Source: Marsupella aquatica | Taxonomy: Eukaryota > Plantae > Marchantiophyta | Length of the DNA: 64,000 nucleotides | Reading direction: 5' to 3' | Assembly (NCBI GenBank): GCA_973895155.1 | Contig: OZ316896.1 | Coordinates: 12,042,830 to 12,106,829, forward strand | Shown: piece after piece, positions 22,745 to 36,000 of the stretch | Layout of the letters: each line of letters opens with the position of its first letter | How positions within the stretch are numbered: position 1 is the first letter of the stretch | Translations under genes and position numbers: made by a program | Notes under the pieces: model-generated | The model's input: only the letters and a program-made list of their open reading frames with translations | What the model was told of the DNA's origin: nothing | Database searches by the model: none

Positions 22745-23040
22745 TTCTTATATAATTCTTACAACTATTACAAGTGCCTGTGGAGCATAACACATGAAAA
22801 GTACCCAAGACTATTCGGAGCAGAATCCATGTTACATGCAGGGATTGTCTGGCCGGGGAGTGTAATTGAGACCTACTGGTCACAAGTTGCTCCGCCAAGG
22901 AAAATATATTTCTAATATAATTCTTAGAACTATTACAAGTGCCTGTGGCGCATACACATGGAAACTACTCAAGACGGTTTGGAGCAGAATCCATGTCTGG
23001 CCCGGGAGTAAACTTGAGACCTACTGGTCACAAGTTGCTG
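22745..23040. repeat. Tandem duplication of ~170 bp
   Basis: ttatataattcttacaactattacaagtgcctgtgg...gagacctactggtcacaagttgct present twice. Confidence 0.85.
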
Positions 23041-23203
23041 AGCTAACCAGCACGCCTAAGCAGGTGGTTGCTGTTAGCTATTCGCATCTTTGCACTGCCC
23101 ATGACCTCGACTAATGTTCCATGAAGCAAGCTGTGTGGGTGTGAGAATTTCCCGTTACTCCATTCATTCCACCCCATTCTTTCACGTATAACTCTAATGT
23201 GGT

Positions 23204-23234
<31 letters not shown>

Positions 23235-25481
23235 GGATGCACTCTGCCCATTTATCTCTACTCAGAAGATGAATTTGTAGAAAAAAAATTCAGCAGTGAT
23301 GACCTTTCATTCACCCCATTCTTTATGGTATAACTCTAATGTGTAAATTGAGTTTTATTAATTAGTTGTTGGAGGAGGCTGGCAATTGCACTTTTTCTCA
23401 TTCGTCTTATACTCTAGGTTGGCTTACTCAGGTGGTTGTATCAGCTATTTGCATGGCTTAGTCAGGTGGTTGTTATCAGCTATATGCATCTTCGCACTGC
23501 CCTTGACCTCAACCAGAGTTTCATGAATCAAAGTGTGTCTGTGCAAGAATTTCTGGCTACTCATTTTTCAGCAGTGATGGCCATTCATTTCACCCCATTG
23601 GAAATTTAATTTTATTGGTTTTTTTGTTGGAGGGGGGTTGTAAATTACATATTTTTCTGATTCATCTTCTACTCCAGGTTGGAAGTTCAATGCAGTTGGG
23701 AATCTATTCGATACAGTAGTCAGGGGAGCATAATGGATGGACTGGAAGACACGTAAAGTCGACTTTCTAGGGGAAGATAATTTACTGGAAGAATGACGGG
23801 ATGGAATGGATTTTAATGACTCCAGGGATTGCCAAACCAGGTCAAAGGCCAGAGAGAAAATGGGGGATGAGTGGTAGACCTCAAGGCTCTCTGGCAGATT
23901 GTTTTTCTCCGTCTATCATGTCTTCTTAAAGAATGTCTGCAGGGCTGTTTTATGGTTTATTTTAAATCCTGGCCTTTGAGTCATCACATAGTGTTGATCA
24001 GTGGAACACTGCATCCTGTCTCCAACCGATAATAAAGTAGCAATTCATGTGCACTTCATCATGGCAGTCCTTTTCCCCACACTCTCCTCTCTGAGAACAT
24101 GGATTTACTTCCTCTTGGGCATATCACACCCGCATAATTTTTTAAGGTACTTCTCTTTTTTGCCCAGGTGGCTAAAAGTACCTTGGGTGAAGAAGATGAT
24201 GTTAATAATCTACAGTAATTCTTCTAGATTAATTTCTGACTGTTAGATATCCCAAGATTGAAAGATAGCTGTCAGATTCTGGCTAATGGGGTCTGTGGCT
24301 AGCCAGGTGAGAGACTGACTAATTTTGCCAAAAGTGGCTAAGCTTTTCACTGAGGTAGAATTTAGTGAAATTTGCCACTAAAGCAAACGATGGTAACACC
24401 ATAACATTAGATGAAATAAACTCTCCCCCAAATAAAAATAAATATTGATGATTTTCCAAACTAATGAGATAAGTTTGACAATAATGCATAAAACAATTCA
24501 AGAACAAGGGGAAATGCCTGGTAAGAAGTTTCGTTGCCTACCTCCTTTCAACCAGCACCCACTACAGGTCTAGTAGTGCCATCCAAAATCTGACACTTCT
24601 CTATTGTAAACATGGGGGTGCGAGAGTACTACCTAAGAAATGTGTTCCACTTCTTACAGTAAGAGTGACTGTCACCCCATGAGTTATCAGTTGTCCATAT
24701 CAGGGTATCACTCACTCTGATCAGTCATTTGCATCTTCCTACTTAGTGAGACCACGAAGCTGAAAGTTAATAGCAAAGGTTAGTTGAGTGGATCTTCCCC
24801 AGTCAAATTTCATTTGGAGAGGGTGCCAAGTGACTCTAAGGGGTCAGCTTGCACCCTATATTTTATTTTCTTGGAAGGAGTACTTTACTTAGAAGGCAAG
24901 TAAAACCCAGTAAAAAAGGGAGTAAAATGGCCAGACGTCACCCAAAGCCCAGACACATCCAGACATGGGGACAGGGCCCGGTGACAGGGGCAAAAGCAGT
25001 AACAAGAGCAAAAAGGCAACCAGAGGATCACCGACCCAGAATCAACTAAAACACAATCAAAGCAAATGAGAGGGCTGACTCAGCCCAACAAAAACTGCGA
25101 GAGTACCAGCAATGGCAAAGTACTGAACAGCTGAACAAGGGGCAAAAATCCATACAGATTAAACATTTGCAAAAGCAAAAATCAGCAGCTAAAACTATAA
25201 TACCTGACAAACACAAAAAATTAATGTGAAGCCAGGTGAAAACAAACAAAGAACCTCAAGGTGGGTCAAAAATCCACTGAACTTGTAATCAACAATAGAG
25301 ATTATGTCAGAGATCCGTTAAAGACCACCTTCGCAGCCAAAGTCTCATTTCCTTCTACAAATCACGAGTTTCGCATTAAACGGTGTCGCGTTGCGCCTCC
25401 TCCGTTAGCTGGTAGCTGCCGGTAGCCGGTAGTTGCCTGCAGACTCAAAACAAATACGTAAAGAATGCGTTTCTGTGCATC

Positions 25482-25560
25482 GGCAGTGAGTGGGCTACCC
25501 GTTAACTCAGAAGAGTGGGAACTCTAAGGTGTTGAGTTCGAATCTCACTGTGAGCTTTTT
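25482..25560 (+). other. Degenerate tRNA/SINE-like Pol III element
   Basis: T-arm gagTTCGAATctc with B-box GTTCGAATC at 25536-25544. Flanking cagtgag...ctcactg pairing. T5 at 25556-25560. No convincing D-arm or anticodon arm. Confidence 0.35.
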
Positions 25561-26689
25561 AACATTCACCCGCCCCAAAAGTGGGGTTCAGACGCCTCTT
25601 ATTACATTCATAAGTTGAGTTTGATTCAAAAAGAGCTTACACACATAATCCCCCAAAAGTGGGGTTCAGACGCTTCTAGTAACACAAACTCTTTTTGATT
25701 CTGGATGGGAACTGGCTGTTCCAGTTTCCGGTCAATAATCACTACAATCCAACAGAACAGTCTTAAATACTGAACACGTTACTCGTAGAAGTGAGTGAAG
25801 TCTCTACTAAACCAACCAATCAGCTCCTGATGACCCCTGCCAGAAAGCGGAGGACGAGAAGAATCCTAGAACCACTCAATTTTCATATGTAAACTGATCT
25901 CCAGCCAAATCTTGCTCTTAGTTCTAAGCAATGAGTTCTGCACATTCTCCTTCTCCAAAGTGTAACATGTTTCCAAACTTTGGCAAATCTTGAGAGGGGT
26001 GGCTTGCATCCTTTATGATGTTCAAGGTTGATGAGGCTCCTCAGCTTTACTCATATGGGTGGCTGTTAACTGATGGGTTACCAATCTTGTGAGAGCTAGT
26101 TAGCATCCTCTTGGGCATCCTTGTTACAGACCCTAGTCAAGTGAAGCAAAATGGGATGGAAATGGTGTCTATCTTGTTTTTAGTGACCTGGGCTCTCTTT
26201 TTTTTCTTAGCTATTAGGGCATGTCAAAGCACAGCTGTAACTCAGTTATGGCTAAGGACATTAAACCCTATTATGGCCAGGACAAAATCACTATGAGCTA
26301 CCAAAATATATATCCCTCAAGATGATAAGTCCAAAAAAATAACACAGTAAAACCTAGTCTCATTTGTAGATACTGCTAGAAAAATTGGGCCAAAAATGAC
26401 CCAGAATAAGTGGAGAATTCTTAAAAAACATTTCCCTGCGATCTGATTGGTGTCAGGCTTTCTTTAAACTCAATTTTAAATGGAACTCGGACAGAATTAG
26501 ATGCAGGCATGGAACCCTTTCTGATCTGTGTCTGGTTCCGAACCGAGCCCCTTTCAGGTCCGGGGCTGGCTTCAGGTACGGGGACGGTTTAAAGTGCCGC
26601 CTACCACCAGCTGCCCATCTATCGCCCACCGGACTGACATAGCCAGGGCACTAGGGCAGGGCAGACCAGGCCCAGGACTCAGGACTCAG

Positions 26690-27335
26690 GAACGTGCCCT
26701 TCTGCCCAGCTGCCCTTCTGCCCAGGGAAACAAAACAAAATCCCCCCTACCATGTAACGCCTTTCGTTAGGTGCCCCCGGGCAGGACGTGGGTACCCAGA
26801 GAAGCCATTCCTTTGTTTTTCTCTGTGCCCGCGATCCGTTGATGCCCGCGGGCAGAAGCTGGGTCCCAGAAAAGATATTAACGGATGTGCCATTCCTTTG
26901 TGTTTCTAGGAGCCCGCGCAAACGTCACAAACATAAAGGATCATGCCCGCGGGCAGCAGATGTGTGTCACTGTGTCAGGGAAGCCGCAACCATATGCAGG
27001 GCATGCCCACTCCTTTGTTTATCTCACTGCCCGCGAAAACGTCACAAACATGAAGGAACATGCCATTAGTTTGTTGCCCGCGGGCAGCAGGTGGGTGCCT
27101 GAGAAGCCGCAGACAAAAGTATGCAGGGACATGGCATTCCTTTGTTTTTATCCTTGCCCGAGTCACTGACTGGCCATGGTTTTTTCCCCGCGGGCAGAAG
27201 GTGGGGGAGTCAGGGAACCCAGACATATCAAGGGACGCTTTGTTTTTCTCGGTGCCCGTGCAAACGTTCACATGTAACGCCATTTGTTTGGTGCCCTCGG
27301 GCAGGAAGTAGGTGCCCAGAGATGCCGCAGTGAAA
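26690..27335. repeat. CpG-rich imperfect tandem array (~100-130 bp units with GCCCGCGGGCAG and TTCCTTTGTTT), likely a TE subterminal region
   Basis: gcccgcgggcag at ~26845, 26946, 27077, 27188, with variants at 26775 and 27294. Confidence 0.75.
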
Positions 27336-28028
27336 AGATGTCCCTCTGGGCTAAGGGCGGGAAAAAGGAACCGTCACTAACTTAAGAATCTCCGCTAGTA
27401 TGGCCGGAACCCCAATACTCAGTACTATACAGGAGTACAATCTTCAAATAATGGCCCGGGGACGGACACGCGGCTAACGTCAGACTCTCCTCTACTATGA
27501 CCGGACCTGTAGTAGAGTACTGTATACCCATAAATTTTATTTATTGTCCGCGATCGATGAGCATTTTATAGTCTGGCCACTTAAAACTTCGGAAAGGTAC
27601 AAAAGAGGCTTTAAGTTTATTCCCTGTTCCTATAGTAGTTCCAGTGGGATTTGAATAATTGATACCTCTGAACTGACATCTTTGTCCTCTACTTAACATC
27701 GTCCTAATCTGGTTTAGTAATTGGGATTAAAACTATGCCAGATGTTTTGGGAACTGGGAAGGAAATTGAATGCCACACAGTAGGCTGCAAACAGAAATTT
27801 GGGTTGGTAAAAGCAAAATACAGGGAAAGGAAGACTGAAAAAAATTTGGCTGGGGAAAAATATGAGGGCCACCAACAAAAAGTATGAATGAGCAATTAAA
27901 AATAATTCCTTGCCATTGAGAATCACAGACCAAGAAAGCTATGTCCTTGAAGCCCAGTTTTTGTTTCTTCCCTATGAAATTTACGAAATAGTATCATATG
28001 TGTGCCCATAATTACTCCAAAATATTTA

Positions 28029-28409
28029 CACTGTTCACCTTAATTAGTGTTATGCAAAAATTAGTGTTAGTACAAAATTAGTGTTCCTAACACTAATTTT
28101 GGTAAAAATGATTTTGAGTCCAAATAACACTAATTTTTATCGATTTTCAAAATGAATTTTTTTCAGTTTAGTTTAAATTGCTTGTAAAAAATGGATGATC
28201 TCTAGTCCAAAGTAACACTAATTGTTGTGGATTTTTTAAAATAGTTTTTCCTTTGTATTTTGCCACTTTTAAGACCATAGTAACACTAATTCATGTGCGT
28301 GAATATAGTGTTAGCACAAAATTAGTGTGACTAACACTAATTCATGAGTAGACCCTGAAAATGGGTGCTCTCGAATTAGTGTTAGTCACACTAATTACGG
28401 TGAACAGTG
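28029..28409. mobile_element. 381-bp MITE with 22-bp TIRs and TA target duplication (Tc1/mariner type)
   Basis: TA|cactgttcaccttaattagtgt ... acactaattacggtgaacagtg|TA, with 1 mismatch between TIRs. Many internal aattagtgtta/taacactaatt motifs. Confidence 0.9.
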
Positions 28410-31400
28410 TAGTATTCAAATGGGCAATATGAGGCACAGTACGGTTGCAAAATGTCTGGATTTAGCCAAATTGTGAGCGTTTAGTGGTTGTCAGCCTTCA
28501 AAAGTTATTTTTACTTGCTCACATACCATTGCAGATGGCCATTTTACTTGCTCACAGACCTTTAAGAGTCAAGTTTTCCCAGTTGGCTTTTGCTAGTACT
28601 GAGTGTTACTGCATTGTCCCTCTTGTTGCGCCACTGGTTTAACCAAAGTAACTCTGGTTAACTTGGAGAGATCTAACAGTTCACATCCTGCCAGTTTTCA
28701 GCATAGGACTATCGTCATTATCAACATATTCACCTCAACACCCGTGGTAGAGTCAGGCATTGGGCATACAGATTCATGCCTTGTTGAGACCATGAGATTC
28801 TCGACCCCCAAAAGGCAATTTTAGAAATTCCTTGTTATCCAATGAAAGAATTAAAAAGTATGGTGTCTGTTGAGATCTCAAGACTGTACTTTATTATTTA
28901 TCTTTATGATGGATATAATGGTAGCATCCCGGGTAGCATGGTACCTCTTAGGAATCCTTTCGCCAAGATGTAAAGGCGTGGGGAGTGTGCAACCTGTGAA
29001 AATCAAAGCATTATACTTATCTTCTTAGAGATGCTTAGACTCGTTATAATGCATCAATTCTCGTAATTGACGGTTGAGGTACCACAAGAAGGTACCCTTC
29101 TTGCTGTATCCAATTGATTCAATTGAATGACTGACGGAGTATTTACTTTATTTTTTAGTTTCCAAGTAAAGGGGGATGGTACAACGCAGAAATAACTCCT
29201 CATATTAAAGGCACAGAGATTCCAACACCAATGCCTCACTATCAAGGGGAGTTATTGTTGTTAACATGTGCCTAAATAATTGTGAATCGTTGAGTAATCT
29301 CATTCTGAAGGGATTTATTGTTGTTAACATGTGCCTAGTTGTGAATGGTTGGCTCCTGCACAAGCCTGTTTGACTGGAATATTATGGAGTAGGTCATGCA
29401 ATTGAAGGGAAGGTGATGTCTATGGGAAGGTGCACAGAATCTACATTTTAGCAAACACTCAGCCTAAACTGGAGTATATTAGAAGCACTTTGGCTTCAAC
29501 CTCACAAAAATTCAACTCACACCCAGGTAAGGGGAGGAGTTAGTCGAGCAAGGAGGTGGGAGATCAAAATCATTGAGCCTCAATATTGGCCCAACTACCT
29601 TACAAACGGGCTTACAAACACTGATCTGCCGTTTCCTGTTTTGGTTCAAAATAACCCAACCGTCCAGAAAATTATTGAGTGATACTCATCAAAGCATGTC
29701 TTCAAGCCAAGGCAGGACGAGCCTCCAACACTATCCTAACAAAAATGCTAGGCATGAGCATGCCCTGACAAAAAGAACAACCAACAATACATTGGCAAGA
29801 TTCTAAGTGTTTGCTTTGCAACCTGCTTTGGAGTTAGCTTAGATTAAACCTAATTAAGCTAATGATTTGATAGAATTGTTAAGGAAGGAAAGAAAAACTG
29901 CCAACACACTAGTACAACAAGAATAAAAGATGGAAAAGTCCAAACAGATGGAAAACTGCCACCTCCACCAGGTTGAAACTACAAAGACCAGTGTGACTAG
30001 GAGTTCATGAAGTCAAAACTCCTTGGAACTGAAGTTATGCGGTGAGCCCCACCACTACTCCAAAAGTGCCTGTATATGCTAGCAGGGCCTGCATTACTTA
30101 AACCACCACTGGCCATATAAAGCGAGGAATGTCAAAAAAATTCATTCCTCATTCCTCTTCTCTACCGTGAAACTTATTTCCACAATTTTGGGAAAAAATA
30201 CTAAAAATGGTGTAACCACATTTTTGTCTTGGCTAGTGGTGGTTTAAAGCCCCACTGGCTTTAAAGCCTGCCCATTTTTATTTAGGGGATAAGACTGATC
30301 TCCATTTATTCTAGATGTCAAGTAGTTCTGTGCAAAGGTATTTCATGAACCCCACTTTGGGATGGATTTTTGTGCAACAGTGCATGATTTCTGAAGATTG
30401 AACTGGGAACCTTGTCCTAATCAAGGCTGGTGTTGGTGGCTGCGCTTTCTGGGATGACTAATGTCAAGCAAGCTCTGCAATTAGTTGAATTTACACACTA
30501 TATATAGCATTCAAAGATGTAAAGACAGATCTTTGATCTGATTCATGTTCTGTGTGCGTTCAGCAAAGCGCAGTAACAGACCAAATTGAATGGTTGGATA
30601 AAATGGCATCTATACTGTAGTGGTAATTAGGTTCAAACAAATATTAGTCAGATAAAATATGTGACGTTCCAGAAATGGGTGACTGGCAAAATGTGCCAGC
30701 AGTTAGGGGAAAAGAGGAGGAAATTAAATTCCAGACATGACAACCTAAGTAGAAAACCTCAAACGAGACTAAAAAGGGTGTTATCCATTGAAACTGGCTA
30801 GGAACACATATTTTGGCTAATAGGAAGAGAAACATTGGGAAAAATGGATTGAAAGAACTCTTGAAAGCAAGTAAAGATGACTTTTTGCAATTGAGTAACA
30901 GGAGCCCGGCAGGGAGCCAGGTTAATGACATACACCCATACAAATTTGCTCTATTTTGATTTGGAATTTCTCTTGAAATTAGATAACCCTCAAAGCAGGC
31001 TTGCCACAAGGATCAAAACCTCATAACCCAAGGCCAGGTAAATGAGTTTAGTGGAACACTCCCCAAGATTAGTAGCAAGGTTTGGCTCTCTTGATCACTT
31101 TAGGGATTAGGGTCAATAATTTTAATTGTTTTTTCTTCTGCTGATCAATGTTATATGTCTGTCCCTGGGCAACGACAACCTTCTGCCTGGGAAACCAGAT
31201 TCATGTTGTGAAGGAGCTTGCATAGGATAGCACAAAATGGCATACTAATAACAGTCAGTCTGCATCAAGGGGACCTACCACCAGTCCACCACCCACAATA
31301 GCCAGAAAGTGGAAAAGACTAGAAAGTGAGTTTTGTGCAGTTCAGCCTGATGTATGGATGGATGCCCATCATGTATCCATGTCCACATGGAGGGGTGTAC

Positions 31401-34400
31401 ACACCCCAATGGCTGCCACAGATGCATTAGGAGGAGGGTACGGTAAATTAAAATCAAAATTTGTGCCTGTCAGTATATATTTGGGCTCCTTGTGAAACCT
31501 AGAAAGAGTTTATCTTGGAGATATTTGCAACAATTCTTTTTCTTTATTTCATTTCATGAAAGGGCACAGGGCCAAAAAACCACCGGAGGGGAAAAAACCA
31601 CCCAAACAAAGACAAAGAGGCGCCAATGCCATGGGCCAAGAGGCCTACAAAGAAACACACTAGTCATGCCACCCAACCCTTAAGAGCCATGTCATAATGG
31701 CCCCAAAAGCAAACCAATCCAGTTCCACAGTGTTCCTCTTTAGTTTATCCTGCCACGTGCTGTTCTGCTGCCTACTGAGACTATCTAAGTTTCACAACAT
31801 TCGCATCATTCTGGTGGAAATATTGACTTTTCAGTGTTTACATTATTTTTCAAATGCAAAAATGAAAAGTAGCAGAGTCTTAGTCTAGCCTTCTTTCATT
31901 TTCTAAAATGAAAAATATTGAATGGTTTGTGCACTATGCAGGATAGCTCTATGGTAAGGTATGGGTGATCTGTGGCCCATATGGATGATAGATACATACA
32001 TTTCATGCCACAGATGGGTCATTGGTGCTGCTGTAGGTAAGTGGAGTGATTTGGCCAAAAAGGCTCTCTGAAGGATCTCAAGGGGACCACCCTCAAAGTT
32101 TGGTGGTGAGCTATGTTGTTTCTCTTCTTTTTGGGGGAAACTTCTATAACTGGTTTGGTATTTAGTGCTGACTGAAAAACAGTTTAGTCATTTTACTTTT
32201 TATTTGTAATTTTACATTTGATATGGCAAAGTTGGGTGAAAATGGGACGCTCATAGGTAAGTTTTGTTATTTATGCTTGCCAGATTAGACTCTGGGATTG
32301 CTTAAATCCAGACAATGTAGGTTATCACACATATTAATCTCAGCACTATAACTATGGCACTCTCTGTTTCCCTCATACACCAATATGTTTCCCTCTGGAT
32401 AGACAACCTGAAGGAAGGAAAGAATTAATGTTCATTACAAAAAAGAATGCTTGGATGGAAGATAGTGGGTCTCAATTGGTGAGCACTCGTTGGGATTGTT
32501 TCACCCTGGGCTAAGTCTATGTCAAGGTACTGCACCCTGTTTTCTTGGGGCCTTGTACATGTCCCCATCCCCGTCCCCAATAGGTGCTGCCTGCTCCGGC
32601 CCTATCAACTTAGTTTGCGTTTTGGCATCTCCTGCCCTATCAACTTAGTTTGTGCTTTGGCATCAGTTTTAGGTTTATGCTTTGACAGCCTTCACTTTTA
32701 ATCCCTCCTCCATTGTAGAAAACATAAAAGTGCCCAATTTCTCGTAAAGCCACCCTAAAGCCCCATTTGTTTTTTGACCCTTTGATAATTGAAGACGGTA
32801 ATTTTCCTGAACAGTATAGATGCTCACACACCGTATACAGGTTCACGAACTCACGCTCGTGCAATGAGTTCTTATAGCGTGCTGTACGCATTTGGAATTC
32901 GCATGATGGCCGATGGATATCCACCACATCAAAGATGCGGGCATGATACTCTGATAATTATACACCCCAGTCATATCCAAATTTCCCACGCTCTTCCCAT
33001 GTCTGGAAATCGGGCATGCACATGGATAGAAGTAGAGTAAGGGGGCCCTCGGGCCCTCGGGCAGTCGGGAAGTCGGGCAGAGGGCAGTAAGAAAAAACAT
33101 TCATGCATGTGCCGGTTTGACGACTTCCCGCGCGATTTCGTATCCCGGCTTCGAGATTCCCGGAACGATGTGGCTTCGAGATTCCCGGGGAGCCCGGGAG
33201 GCAAAGCGCGATTCGCTCGCTCCCGGTACACAAATAGTGCTTGTACCGAGGGGGGGCAAGGGGGCGATGATGTTCGCTCAAAATAGTAATTAGATAGTGA
33301 AACTTTAAGTCATTAGGACAAAAGTTTAGTTTATGTCGGTGTTGTTGAGATTGGGAAACTTTTATGGTGCATGTGTTTCAAATATTTTGAGCATTTTGCT
33401 GTAAAACACTGATTATGAGTTAGACATTTTTGAAAGTGAAGAACTTAAATTTACAGAAATTGTTTATGACATCTACAACTATAATAAGGGATCCTGTGTT
33501 TTTTAGTCATTCATCCCAATACAAAACAACCAATACAAAACAACCCCTGGGTGGGAAAGATACACAGTTTTATGATTCATTGACTATTTTCCCTGATCAT
33601 TGATGGAGGAAATGGATACCCCTAGCGCATATGTGTTTCTCATGCTGCCCCATATATACCCCGGCCCGACTCACTATGGGCCGGCCCTCCTCATGCCGTG
33701 CAACACATGGGCATAAGGGTCGTGAAACTATAATTTGAGAGACAACATACTAACTTTGAATGTGAACCACACACAACCTGATCGTCCCTCTGGCAATTTA
33801 GGGAGTCGTCACCCACCTTAGTGACCCTGCAGACAGTGAAAAACATTCACGCTTGTAAAACATTTGCTGGCTTGACTGGTTCCTGCAGTATATATGCATT
33901 GTGGCAAAGCGTGATCACAGTTGGTCATTCCCAGCGTGACACTACACACGGAATGATTGGGTTTGCACATGCCCTCTGAAAAAATTAATATGTTTTTGTT
34001 TCAAATTATGTTGCAATGCTGTGAATGATTTCTGGACATTTTTATGTTTCCAACAAACAATGTCCACAGTGGTAAATCACATAAATAACTCATTTTCCTC
34101 AAAATTAATCTTCCTTGTACATGTTTTCCTAAGTTTTATGAAACACTCTCAAAAAGCAGAAAACACAAGAGATAGATCCCAAAGGCAAGATATGCATCAA
34201 AAGGAGGGAAAAGACAAAGATAGATATAATTGATGGACTCTCAAAATCAAAAAGTGTTACTGGGATGGACCCAACGAGTGATCCAGATTGTTCATGGACC
34301 TTAAAGTACTACAGTAGTATGCAAAACCCACTGGGCTTCATGTGGTCTATCAAACGACACTTTTTGATGTAGAGGTCCATCAAATATATCTCTCACAAGA

Positions 34401-35699
34401 CGAAGGAAAAATACAAAGGTTATCAAAACACTACCCAACATTTTGTCCCATTCCTGAAAGCCTCAATAATTATTTGTTAGGAGAAACACAAAGACTAGAC
34501 CAAACACTACCTAACATTTTGTCTCATGAATGACAGTTGCAATAATAGTAATTTGTTTCTTGAGCGAACCTAATCAACCTATATAGTCCCTGCGGTACTC
34601 TGCCGTAGAGTCATCCGGCTGTCCACCGTAAAAGCGTTGCCGGCGCGAAACGGTGGGGGGTCACCGGCAAGGAGGACACGGCAACACGGGGATGACGGAT
34701 GGCCGTAAAAGTGAGAAGCACTGCAAAACAAGCTTTCCAGCGGGGAAGACGGGAAGTTGCCGGAGCTGGCATTCTGGTCAGCGGCAGTCTCGGGCCCTTC
34801 ATTGACTCTGCCACGGTACCCGTCTACCCGAGGCTGGTTTGAACTTCCGAGCCAAGGATTGCGTTGCCACGTGAAGGGCTTGCCCGCTTGGTGATCATTA
34901 CAGTATGGTGTCATTCTGTCGTTTGTAACCTCTTTACATGCACACATTTGCTTCGTGACAGTGTAAGCTGAGAAGTGAGGAGTGTGACTTGAGTGGGTGC
35001 AAATTTTGAAATCGACTTTGATGGGTAGGTTAAATGAATATATTTCAAATTTGTGAAACCATCGTTGCCACGATATGGACCCCAAACCAAAGTTTCTCCC
35101 TAACCCATTTTTGAAAGGCGTATCAGAATTTATAAATCAGTGAAAACAAAATACAATGAAAGGAAAGAAAAAAAAAGTTACAAAGAGGACAAACACCTAA
35201 CCAGAAAAAAGAAAGGCAAGTGTAAACCTAAAAAATGACCAATAAAAAGAGAAAAGCTACTTGAGTGTAAAATCAATGACTAGTGTCTACATTGGAATAT
35301 GTGACAGGTTTTCTCCCTAACTCATTCTAGTAGGTTTTGGGTACATTGATTTAAGGTCCATCAAGAGTCTGGTTTACTCATGGGGTCCATTAAGTAATAC
35401 TTTTCATCTTAGTGGTCCATCAAAAAAGTATTTGTAGCATAGGGTGACTCTACGAAACCTTGATGACAGTTTCATTACTTTTCTACTAAAGTTAAATTGT
35501 CAGCCTTTTCCTATACTAAAGATAGGGTATATAGACTGAAAGAGAGCTGGGAATCATTTAATGGTCCCAAAGGTCTTGTAAAGTGAACTGCAACAAATGG
35601 TGCTTGAGTAATTTTGTAAGAGACAAGTTAAAGACCTACTCCACCTAAAAGTAATGTAGTTCTTTGACTGGCTTCCTTCTTACTTTGACAAAGATAAGA

Positions 35700-36000
35700 T
35701 TTGATGGAGAACCTGTGGGTCCACTTTAAGTGCAAAAGATTCAAATTAGGAATGGACCTAAGGGGCTAGATGAAGAGGCCTACAATAGAAGTGGTCTAAA
35801 CTTTGAGACAAAATTGTGCCCCACATATGCAAAATTTGGGTCCTACTCTATTTCATGTAGGATTGCAACAACTGACTGTAGGAGGAACGCCCCCCAATCT
35901 TTTGTAAAGTGACCTGCAACAGAATCTCCCCAATGGATGGCCCTATCACATCTTGGGGACCAGGAAAAGGAGCAAACTGCCCCAACTTTTTGTAAAGCCA
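35700..36000 (+). repeat. Dispersed repeat family, copy 2
   Basis: aatctccccaatggatggccctatcacatcttggggaccaggaaaa matches 13341-13390 and 56042-56090. Confidence 0.75.

Noticed and set aside
25482-25560. Functional tRNA gene
   Set aside because: Only a T-arm/B-box is recognisable; no proper D-arm or anticodon stem.
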